In this document: positions 1 through 8,279 of the stretch, one piece after another
Numbering within the stretch: the first letter of the stretch is position 1
Layout of the letters: every line of letters starts with the position of its first letter
Assembly (NCBI GenBank): GCA_026390655.1
Contig: JAPLFN010000123.1
Span: 1 to 61,468 of the forward strand
DNA: 61,468 nt
From: Candidatus Kapaibacterium sp.
GTDB lineage: Bacteria; Bacteroidota; Ignavibacteria; Kapaibacteriales; Kapaibacteriaceae
Direction: 5' to 3'
Made by a program: the position numbers and the translations under genes
Notes under the pieces: model-generated
Database searches by the model: none
Seen by the model: the letters and a program-made list of their open reading frames with translations, nothing else
What the model was told of the DNA's origin: nothing

Positions 1-343
1 GAAGTGCCCGCACATCGATCCACGCGAACGATGTAATGCCCGTTGCAGACGTAACAGCTGAGCGGACAAGGTAGACTACTACATCGCTGACAGCCGCATA
101 GCCAATGAGCGAGAACACAAAGAAGTTGAAGAACATATACCAGGCGTCTAGCCAGAAGTCGCGGCGCACTCGTGGTTGACCCTTACGCCATGGCATAACG
201 ATCTCAAGTGACCATACCACGAGGGACAAGCCAATGAGCCACCAGAAGTAATTATGCCAACTGGGGTGAGTGACCTCTGCCCAGACATACCGGGAATACC
301 CAGCATAAGCATTCGATATGATGCTCAGGATCTCATTCATCAT
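1..343 (-). CDS. fatty acid hydroxylase / sterol desaturase family membrane protein (N-terminal ~114 codons; gene runs off the window edge)
   Basis: My own minus-strand translation from ATG 343..341 gives MMNEILSIISNAYAGYSRYVWAEVTHPSWHNYFWWLIGLSLVVWSLEIVMPWRKGQPRVRRDFWLDAWYMFFNF..., open to position 1. The hydrophobic N-terminus with PWRKxQ...R.D..LD..Y resembles this family. The diagnostic His boxes would lie outside the window. Confidence 0.45.
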   Translation of the reverse strand, partial: MMNEILSIISNAYAGYSRYVWAEVTHPSWHNYFWWLIGLSLVVWSLEIVMPWRKGQPRVRRDFWLDAWYMFFNFFVFSLIGYAAVSDVVVYLVRSAVTSATGITSFAWIDVRAL

Positions 344-409
344 TCAAAACTACCATCTTCCAGGTCTCTGTGACGTAACTTTCGGCTTCTCTTTTGGTCG
401 GTAAAGCCA

Positions 410-3400
410 GTGCACTATCGTCTATTCATAGCATCGGTCGTACTTGTCATGCTCGCCGGTTCTGTAGCTGGGCAATCTGTAAACGTGTTCGGACTGAAGG
501 TAGTTCCATGGCCTGATATGCAGGCTCAACTACTTGTGACCAACACAGCTGGTGCACCCATCCGTCCGAGCATTGCAGACGTGCAGGTTTGGGAAGAAGG
601 CGCTGCCGTAAGCAATCTCCGTCTAACGTGTCCACAGACATCATGGAAGCAACCAGCGGCGGTGGCATTGAGTCTCGATATCTCAAACTCCATGTCGCGC
701 GACATTCCACCTGAAGTGATGGCCCTTGCGCGAAGGTTTAGCAAGAGCTTCGTTGACCGACTTACAATGCCTCCATCAGATGTGGCCTTGCAAGTATGTG
801 ATGATGCTGCCCGACTCTTGGTGGACTTCACATCTAATGCACAGCGGCTCAAGGACGTCATCAGCACTATCGTGCCCCGTGGCGGAAACGACTTCACGCT
901 TCACCTGCTCGATCCTGACGCCGGGCTCCTACCGATTGCCACTCGAGGCACCCACCAACGCTCAGCTGTTTTGGTAACAGATGCCTTTTGGGAGGAACTT
1001 CCCGCGGCCGATCTACAGCGCGCGTTAGCAGCATGCGCATCGAACAACATTCGATTTTACGCAGTGGTCATGACGGAGCGCAGTCTCTCATCCACCGGAA
1101 TCGTAAAGTCATTGCGTGAGATTGCTCAAGCCTCCGGTGGGGGCGTCTTTGAGGGCATCATTACAGATTCAATCGCAGATGCTCTTGCCGCCTCCCTTGC
1201 AACCGCTGTTGAAGGGTCAGAGCCGTGCGTACTCAGTTGGGACGCCACTCCTTTGTGCCCCGCTGCTGAGAAAAGGTTGATCACCGTAGGCGTGCGTGGT
1301 GTTGACACTGTAACAGTTGACTATGCGCCTCAATGGTTTGAAAAGAAGAAACTCATCGCGTCTCCGGATGTTGTTCGATTCTCCACACTACCGGTTGGAG
1401 CTTCTTCTTCGGCTACAGTTCGAATCACTGCCCAACGATCCTCCGCAACGATCGTCTCAGCCTACTCTCCTGATCCTGCGTTTACAGTAGCCCCCTCCTC
1501 ATTCACTCTTGTGGAAGGGGGCTTTATCGACCTTACAGTTACGTACACGTCGGACGGACGCTCACTGATCGGCACCAGACTACGACTCGTTGATCCATCA
1601 TGTGAGTGGGAAGTGCCTGCAATACGCGTCTCGCGCAGCGTTTCACCTGGTGCGTTTGATATTGACGTGGCCGACCCCAACGGCAAGGAAGTAATCCGTG
1701 CCGGCACAGATACGGTGATCTCGTGGACAAGCGGTGACACTACACTGCCTGTAGATGTAGACGTCACCATCGACTATGGGGCTTCATGGATCCCGGTTGC
1801 GAGAGGTGTGATAGGAACACAGACAAAATGGGCGCCTGTGCCACGAGTTGAGAGTGACAGATGTCTTGCACGAGTAACATCCATATCTCCGCCGCTGCCA
1901 GACTCTCTTCTTGCATTTGCCTATGAGTGTTCGGCCATTGATGTAATGAAGGAAGATGCCTCGTCGGCATGGGGCGGTTCCATAGCAATTGGCACCGCAT
2001 ACGGATTCCTTGCGAGAGGATCACGAGGCTACTCGAGGATCGACACAGTATGGCAAGCACACACAGATACCATTTGCGACGTAGTCGGTGATCCGACTAA
2101 TGCCTCACGAATTCTCACCGGCTCAGTCGATGGAACGTGTGCACTTCACGACAACGTCCAAACACTTCGATCAATGAATCATGGGTCTCCGGTTCGCGCA
2201 GTGCAGTTCAGCGGTAGAGGAAGTACGTGCTACTCTACAGGAGATGATGGACGCATTGTTGAATGGGACTATTCCTCAGGAAACCAACAACGCGTGGTGA
2301 CGGCGCTCGGAAGTCCAGTCATAGCCATGCGTTGTGTTGGGCCGGACACCATTGTAGTTGTTACCTCAGACGGAAGAACGCGTTCGATTCGTGCGTCCGA
2401 TGGAACAGTCTACTGGCAGATAGTCAATGGGCCTGATGCAATTCGGTGCATAGATGTTCACCACCTTCATCACAAGATAGCCGTCGGAACAACCATCGGC
2501 ACAGTCTACACACTCAACCCTGCAGATGGGACTGCGTCTACAATACCGCTTCAAGTATCTACAACAAACTCACCGATCATAGACGTGACATTTGGGAATG
2601 ACAACCCAAACATCAGTCTCGTGCTCGCCACGTGCGCCAACGGCGAAACATTCTCTACAGTTCCCGCAACGTCCAGCATCACACCGCTTCAACATTATAG
2701 TCGTCCTGGTCGGTGTGTGGCTCGTTACGATGATGTGATCGCTGTTGGATGGAGCGGCTCTATCACAACGTCCTTCGTTTCTCCGGATCCGCTTTCATCA
2801 GCTTTTGTAAATGACGTGGACGTGATTGTTAATGCATCGCTGGATCGTGCTGCATCAAGACTTGTTACAGTCTCTGAAGGGGGCTGGGTGTGGATATGGG
2901 ATGTTGGCGCACGCCGACCTGAGCAGGTGTTTCGAGTTGTTCGCATCGACCCTCAAATTCCACCAGCACTAAGTCCAAGTGGCCAATACCTTGTTGTCGC
3001 AAATGATAATGCAACACTTGTTTGTTATGATCTCGAAGATGCTCGCGCTATGCCGTACACGTCAACAATCGGCGGCGGCGTATCTACCTTGAAGTTCGAT
3101 CCGGTTGACGATGCAACTCTAGGCGTTGGGACAGGAGTGGGCGTAACACGAGTTTCTGTTCCGAGTCTCATAGAAGGAATAACGTACCCATCTTCCTTTG
3201 GAGAGGTCATCGACTTTGCATGGAGTCCGGACGGAACTCTTCTAGCGATCGTAGAACCCAACGCCAGCATTCGCACTATAGATATTGTAACCGGTACGGT
3301 TCCGCCGCCGATCCCCGTGAATAATATCACTGATCGGTCAATTACCGGCATTGCCTGGCATCCGAATGGCCGACAACTATATGCGGCAAGTGGGAACAAC

Positions 3401-5035
3401 CTTTCTCTCGTTGATGTACCATCACGCAGTGTTACTCTACAGGTGGGACTCGATGCTCCTGCAAATGAGGTATCAGTTTCACCACTCGGAACACAGGTGG
3501 TTCTCGTACAGGAGAACAGATCAGATCCGATACAGATCTTCGATGCTATCTCGTTAACAACTCTTGTCAATCTTGGCAGTTCACTCGGATCAAAGTATGC
3601 TCCCTCTCACGGCAGATTTGCGGGGGCAACACCTATTCATGTGTCGAGTTCACTCCTTGGTGCGGGAGTTATTCGAAGTCTTGGGCCTAGCGGACCTACA
3701 ACGATCACTGATGAATCGGACACGCTGTTCTCAATCGTGTGGCCACGGGTGCAGACGAGCGATGTTGATATGGGGCGCGTGCGGCTTACAAATCGCAAGG
3801 ACTCAACGATCACCGATCTCGTCCGAAACACCACGAAGTTCTTGTTACGAGCAGATTCACTGCGCATCATCGGAGCAAACGCAAGTGACTTTCGCATCTC
3901 CCTTGAGAATGTACCCGGCAGGTTTTCGGCACCATCTACTTCTCGCGGTGAGATAACATTCAACCCATCAGCTGTCGGTCTACGCGCAGCCGTCTGCGAG
4001 ATCTTTGTTGGTCGGGACACCGCTAGGGTCGGTCTCGCCGGCGTGGGAGTACTACCATCATTGGCTATTGAGACGCCAAGAATCGACATGGGAACTCACC
4101 TTATTGGTGAGGTATTTGATTCCGCTGTTGTCGTCTTGCGTAGCGTGTCGCCAACACCAACGCAAATTACTAGCATGTGTCTGTTGAACAACCCGGTAAT
4201 GCCTTTTCGGGTTGTTGAGTCGCTGGCAACCACGTGTGCTACTCCCTATGTTGTTGCACCGGGAGATAGCGTCCGGCTTGTCCTTCGCTTTGCACCATCA
4301 CTGATCGGCCGTTCATCCACGCTCCTTGAAGTTCAAACCGATGATGGACTCGGCACCTATAACGTAACCGTCCTTGGTACCGGCATCGGACCGATCATAG
4401 GCGTTCGTAGTGACTCTGGATATCCCGGAGACAGGCGCCCCTTTACCCTTGAAATGCGTGGCGTAAATGGACCGCTGCAAGGGGGTGCCACTCTCAGCTT
4501 CGAGGCCGACCTCTCATTCGATGCCAGTGTAGTTGTTCCCCTTTCGGGCGAGCGCAAGGCGAATGGCTCGGTCACAATGAGGGGCGTATGGAACAGTGTG
4601 GATTCGATCATTGGAACGCTCCCTGCAACAATCGTTCTCGGTAGAACTGATTCGTCTACCGTGTCAATCACTCGTTTTGTTTGGTATGATGAGCAAGGGG
4701 CTCCCCTCAACCGCGACTTAAGGCTTGAGGGTGGCGTGTATAGAGTTCTGGGTATCTGCGACGAGAGCGGGAAGAGACTCTTTGAGCCAGGCACGCAGGG
4801 AGCCGGAGTGCGCGTTTCTGAATCCGGTATCGTAGTCAATGTGCTGTTAAGGCGTGATGACGATGTGAAGATCGAAGTGCTAACCATGCAGGGTAGAACA
4901 GTTACGCAACAACGAGAAAGAGGTCGATCCGGACAATTGGCTGTTCAGATCGACCTCACAGATGTTGCTCGTGGCGTCTACATGGTACGCGTAACTACGA
5001 GTAGCATGATGAAGACGATTCTTACTTCATGGTAG
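410..5035 (+). CDS. giant secreted vWA + WD40/beta-propeller + Ig-like protein with T9SS C-terminal sorting domain
   Basis: 1541-aa ORF with a GTG start and signal peptide MHYRLFIASVVLVMLAGSVAGQS. vWA/MIDAS-like LSLDISNSMS. WD40-like repeats (TGSVDGTCALHD, STGDDGRIVEWD, EGGWVWIWDV). C-terminal ~80 aa is Por/T9SS-like (...ARGVYMVRVTTSSMMKTILTSW). Confidence 0.85.
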   Translation: MHYRLFIASVVLVMLAGSVAGQSVNVFGLKVVPWPDMQAQLLVTNTAGAPIRPSIADVQVWEEGAAVSNLRLTCPQTSWKQPAAVALSLDISNSMSRDIPPEVMALARRFSKSFVDRLTMPPSDVALQVCDDAARLLVDFTSNAQRLKDVISTIVPRGGNDFTLHLLDPDAGLLPIATRGTHQRSAVLVTDAFWEELPAADLQRALAACASNNIRFYAVVMTERSLSSTGIVKSLREIAQASGGGVFEGIITDSIADALAASLATAVEGSEPCVLSWDATPLCPAAEKRLITVGVRGVDTVTVDYAPQWFEKKKLIASPDVVRFSTLPVGASSSATVRITAQRSSATIVSAYSPDPAFTVAPSSFTLVEGGFIDLTVTYTSDGRSLIGTRLRLVDPSCEWEVPAIRVSRSVSPGAFDIDVADPNGKEVIRAGTDTVISWTSGDTTLPVDVDVTIDYGASWIPVARGVIGTQTKWAPVPRVESDRCLARVTSISPPLPDSLLAFAYECSAIDVMKEDASSAWGGSIAIGTAYGFLARGSRGYSRIDTVWQAHTDTICDVVGDPTNASRILTGSVDGTCALHDNVQTLRSMNHGSPVRAVQFSGRGSTCYSTGDDGRIVEWDYSSGNQQRVVTALGSPVIAMRCVGPDTIVVVTSDGRTRSIRASDGTVYWQIVNGPDAIRCIDVHHLHHKIAVGTTIGTVYTLNPADGTASTIPLQVSTTNSPIIDVTFGNDNPNISLVLATCANGETFSTVPATSSITPLQHYSRPGRCVARYDDVIAVGWSGSITTSFVSPDPLSSAFVNDVDVIVNASLDRAASRLVTVSEGGWVWIWDVGARRPEQVFRVVRIDPQIPPALSPSGQYLVVANDNATLVCYDLEDARAMPYTSTIGGGVSTLKFDPVDDATLGVGTGVGVTRVSVPSLIEGITYPSSFGEVIDFAWSPDGTLLAIVEPNASIRTIDIVTGTVPPPIPVNNITDRSITGIAWHPNGRQLYAASGNNLSLVDVPSRSVTLQVGLDAPANEVSVSPLGTQVVLVQENRSDPIQIFDAISLTTLVNLGSSLGSKYAPSHGRFAGATPIHVSSSLLGAGVIRSLGPSGPTTITDESDTLFSIVWPRVQTSDVDMGRVRLTNRKDSTITDLVRNTTKFLLRADSLRIIGANASDFRISLENVPGRFSAPSTSRGEITFNPSAVGLRAAVCEIFVGRDTARVGLAGVGVLPSLAIETPRIDMGTHLIGEVFDSAVVVLRSVSPTPTQITSMCLLNNPVMPFRVVESLATTCATPYVVAPGDSVRLVLRFAPSLIGRSSTLLEVQTDDGLGTYNVTVLGTGIGPIIGVRSDSGYPGDRRPFTLEMRGVNGPLQGGATLSFEADLSFDASVVVPLSGERKANGSVTMRGVWNSVDSIIGTLPATIVLGRTDSSTVSITRFVWYDEQGAPLNRDLRLEGGVYRVLGICDESGKRLFEPGTQGAGVRVSESGIVVNVLLRRDDDVKIEVLTMQGRTVTQQRERGRSGQLAVQIDLTDVARGVYMVRVTTSSMMKTILTSW

Positions 5036-5405
5036 TAGGAAGACCGGCGGATGACCATGCGTTGTAGCCGCCCGAAACATTGTAAACGTTTTTAAAACCT
5101 TTCTGCGCCATGATATCTGCAGCGCGAGCGCTACGTCCACCAACTGCACAGTACACAACCACAGGTTTGTTCTTGTCGAGCGCTTGGATGTTTGCTTCGA
5201 ACTTGACGTCGTTCACATTCATGCTCTTGGCATTCTTGAGGTGTCCACCATTGAATTCATCTGGCGTCCTTACGTCAACAACTACAACGCCCCCTTTATC
5301 GATCATCACCTTGGCCTCGTTCACATTGATATTCTTGCGTGTTTGACCGCACGCCGTGGATGTTACGAGAATCGCGCCGAGAATGATCGCAGGAATAATC
5401 TTCAT
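5022..5405 (-). CDS. rhodanese-domain sulfurtransferase, predicted lipoprotein
   Basis: ORF 5022..5546 trimmed to ATG 5405 (MKIIPAIILGAILVTSTACGQ, lipobox-like). Rhodanese core VVDVRTPDEFNGGHLKNA and active-site loop VVYCAVGGRSARA. Convergent 14-nt overlap with 410..5035. Confidence 0.8.
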   Translation of the reverse strand: MKIIPAIILGAILVTSTACGQTRKNINVNEAKVMIDKGGVVVVDVRTPDEFNGGHLKNAKSMNVNDVKFEANIQALDKNKPVVVYCAVGGRSARAADIMAQKGFKNVYNVSGGYNAWSSAGLPTTMK

Positions 5406-5416
5406 GAGATAGTGCA

Positions 5417-5743
5417 TCATTTGTTCTCCGATATGTCCGCCATCACGCGGTTCACAGACGTCCACGGTCCGCCATTGAAAGCCGTATAACCCTTGGAAGT
5501 TGCAATGCCCGTGGCAGATCCACTTCGTGCACCTGAGGCGCAACAAAACACGATCGGCTTCGACGAAGGAAGCGAACTGAGTTTGCCGGGAAGCTCGTTC
5601 AATGGAATATTCTTTGAGCCGGCTACGTGGCCACCACTGAATTCAGCCGGTGAACGCACGTCTATAATAACAGCGCCGCTGCGAATTGCATTGACAACGT
5701 CTTCATTGCCGCCGCCCATCATGTTTTTGAGGAAGTTGAGCAT
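5417..5743 (-). CDS. single-domain rhodanese sulfurtransferase
   Basis: 108-aa ORF with IIDVRSPAEFSGGHVAGSKNIP and active-site loop IVFCCASGARSG. Lies 11 nt upstream of the second rhodanese on the same strand. Confidence 0.85.
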   Translation of the reverse strand: MLNFLKNMMGGGNEDVVNAIRSGAVIIDVRSPAEFSGGHVAGSKNIPLNELPGKLSSLPSSKPIVFCCASGARSGSATGIATSKGYTAFNGGPWTSVNRVMADISENK

Positions 5744-5752
5744 GTGTTTCTC

Positions 5753-5902
5753 GGGGTTACGGGGTTACGGGGTTACTAGTTACCAGTTACTAGTTACTAG
5801 TTACCAGTTACTAGTTACCAGTTACTAGTTACCAGTTACTAGTTACCAGTTACTAGTTACCAGTTACTAGTTACTGGTTACTAGTTACCAGTTAATGGTT
5901 AT
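5753..5902. repeat. tandem microsatellite: 3 x GGGGTTAC octamers followed by 18 x YAGTTAC-type heptamers
   Basis: Read directly. GGGGTTAC occupies 5753-5776 (x3). Alternating TAGTTAC/CAGTTAC runs from 5777 and degenerates to TGGTTAC, CAGTTAA, TGGTTAT by 5902. The array begins 10 nt upstream of the rhodanese start codon (5743). Confidence 0.95.
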
Positions 5903-6056
5903 AGCGTAAATGTAAGGAGAGGGCTGACTCTGTTTCTGTGACTGAGTCACAGTCCTCATACATTGACCTGCTCCCCATAAACAATACCAACTGATTTGAT
6001 AGTACGGAGACAACGTCAAAGTTCTATCTAAGAACTACAAAGTTTATTGAGAATCT

Positions 6057-8279
6057 CTAAAGTCCGGCCTTCACACTCATAAATATGCTACGGGGCTCGG
6101 CAGGGATAATGCCGGGTCCCGGGTAGCTATCGGCTCTGCGTGTGAAATAGGATGCGCCGAAGATGTTGTTGAGACTCACGTCGATGGTAAAGATGTCGAG
6201 CGAGTATCCTACCGTAAGATCGGCGACGTTGTACGCGGGAACCACTCCGGAAACAGCCGAGGCTGTGTACACTGCGTTCGTGGCATCTGTGAACTGTTGT
6301 CCAACGAATGACCATAAGAATGAGAGTCTCGCAGAGCCGTGGCGAACGTTGATACCGGAACGGATCACATACGAGGGAACGTATTCAATGGCATTTCCAT
6401 CGATAGATGGATCTTCTGAAGAGAGGTATCTACCCTGTAAGAGTGAACCGTTTACAATCCAATGGATATCCGGCAATGAAGATGAGATTCCACATGCTGT
6501 AGACACGTCGAGCTCGGTCATCGCTTCAATTCCGGCTGTATATGCATCCGCAATATTCGTACGATACCGGTATGGCAGATACAATGGTGCCTGATCGCTC
6601 CTGAGGATCTCGCCAATTTTGTCATTGTACCTTAGATAGAATGCTGATGCATCCCAATTCAAGATCGATAACGTACTGCCGCGGATTCCGAGGTCAAGTG
6701 TGTATCCACGTTCATCGGTGATGTTTGGATCGATGGTGAGATTTGGATTATTGATGCGCAAATCATTGAAGGTGATCGACCTGTAGTTCTGCGTCGCATT
6801 GGCATAGATTTCTATCGCATCATCATCAATTCGAAAACTTGCTCCTAGACCAAACAATGCGATCGTACGCGACCTACGTTGTTGCTCATAGATCAAGGAG
6901 TCAACAATGAGATTACCGGCGAAGTCTTTTACGCGTAAAGCGTAGTATCCGTCGGCTCGCGTTGTGATGTGCTCCAATCGAACACCGGGCACCAACCGTA
7001 GCTGTGGTGTAATGCTTACAAGAGCTTCAGCAAAACCGGCCACGTTGTCATTGGGATAGGTATAGCTGGACCCTTCGAGTTGCTGAGGGTTAGTAAATGC
7101 AAAGTCCGGTCCACTCCCACCTGATGCATCGCCCTGTTGCTGGGTTGTGGTACCATGGAACAATCTAATCCCTGCTAAGAGCGACCACGGCAAGCCCCCT
7201 ACCTCAACATCATGCTGAATAGTGGTCTCGTTGCCAATGTTGTGAAACGTTCCATCGATCATTGTGCGAGGCCCACCCATATCTACAGTGTTGATCCTGT
7301 CAAGATTTCCAAGCGCCTGGCGCGAACTCAGATTTCCGAAGAACATTGAGCGGACGGATGTGCTCTCTGATGCAAACCAGTCAAGAGTGAGAGACGCGAG
7401 ATTCCAGTTGACGTTGAACCAGTTTCTGGCGCGAACAGATTGCGATGGATCTGTCTCAAACATTCTGTCTGTAAGTCCACCCGGCTGGTGAGCCAGATAG
7501 GTCATAAAGGTGTAGTCAGCTCTGATCCGTACCTGCGCCGAAATGTTGGTTGTAAAAGCCGCATAGGCAAGATGCTGATGGAAGTCGCTATTTGGTCTCC
7601 ATCCGTCTGCCTTGCGGAACTGATACAACGCAACGTAGTTGGATGAATGCACTGTTCCACCGAGTCGAGCAAATGCGCCAGCAAAACCAAAAGATCCCGC
7701 TGACACCGTTGCATCAGCGGCAAGGGGCTTATCTCTCGAGCCCTCCTTCATCACGAAGTTTACAACACCACCGAACTGGGTTCCGTAGCGTAAAGCACCC
7801 GCGCCACGAACGATGTCGATCCTGTCTAGCGCCATCATCGGGGGGACGTAGTAGCTCTCCGGATAGCCAAGCGGATCGGCCGAAATGTCGTACCCATTCT
7901 GACGGGTACTAAAGTTCGACGTGCGATTGGGGTTCAGGCCACGACCACCAATCCCGAGCTGGAGTCCCGCCGCATCACTCTCCCATATGTTGAGTCCAGC
8001 TACCGTTGCCAGCGACTGACGGGTGTTGTTCGTTGCGAGATTCGCGATGACGTTCTCAAGCTTTATTCGCTCTGTTTTTTTGGCAGCATAGATCGCACCA
8101 GCTTCAACATCTGCAACACGCGTGATGAGAAAGGGGCTATCGTGGTGATCTGTTACCTCAACTTCGCGGAGAACGATAGTGTCCTTGCGAGTACGTGTAC
8201 TATCCACAAGCCATCTCTGCTGTGCATATGCGTTCTGCAGTACACAGATCATCGCAATAATGGTAGCTACCGCCTTCAT
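6057..8279 (-). CDS. TonB-dependent outer-membrane receptor
   Basis: ORF 6057..8294 trimmed to ATG 8279 (MKAVATIIAMICVLQNAYAQQ signal peptide). This gives an ATGA overlap with the stop of the upstream HTTM gene. Plug-domain motifs are present (IDIVRGAGALRYGTQFGGVVNFV), followed by a long beta-barrel. Confidence 0.9.
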   Translation of the reverse strand: MKAVATIIAMICVLQNAYAQQRWLVDSTRTRKDTIVLREVEVTDHHDSPFLITRVADVEAGAIYAAKKTERIKLENVIANLATNNTRQSLATVAGLNIWESDAAGLQLGIGGRGLNPNRTSNFSTRQNGYDISADPLGYPESYYVPPMMALDRIDIVRGAGALRYGTQFGGVVNFVMKEGSRDKPLAADATVSAGSFGFAGAFARLGGTVHSSNYVALYQFRKADGWRPNSDFHQHLAYAAFTTNISAQVRIRADYTFMTYLAHQPGGLTDRMFETDPSQSVRARNWFNVNWNLASLTLDWFASESTSVRSMFFGNLSSRQALGNLDRINTVDMGGPRTMIDGTFHNIGNETTIQHDVEVGGLPWSLLAGIRLFHGTTTQQQGDASGGSGPDFAFTNPQQLEGSSYTYPNDNVAGFAEALVSITPQLRLVPGVRLEHITTRADGYYALRVKDFAGNLIVDSLIYEQQRRSRTIALFGLGASFRIDDDAIEIYANATQNYRSITFNDLRINNPNLTIDPNITDERGYTLDLGIRGSTLSILNWDASAFYLRYNDKIGEILRSDQAPLYLPYRYRTNIADAYTAGIEAMTELDVSTACGISSSLPDIHWIVNGSLLQGRYLSSEDPSIDGNAIEYVPSYVIRSGINVRHGSARLSFLWSFVGQQFTDATNAVYTASAVSGVVPAYNVADLTVGYSLDIFTIDVSLNNIFGASYFTRRADSYPGPGIIPAEPRSIFMSVKAGL

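Noticed and set aside
5493-5828. 111-aa plus-strand ORF ending in LLVTSYQLLVTSYQLLVTSY
   Set aside because: It lies antisense to the rhodanese gene, and its C-terminus is only the translation of the heptamer array. It is an artefact.
5753-5902. CRISPR array
   Set aside because: The units are 7-8 nt and directly abutting, with no spacers. No cas genes are present. This is a microsatellite, not a CRISPR.
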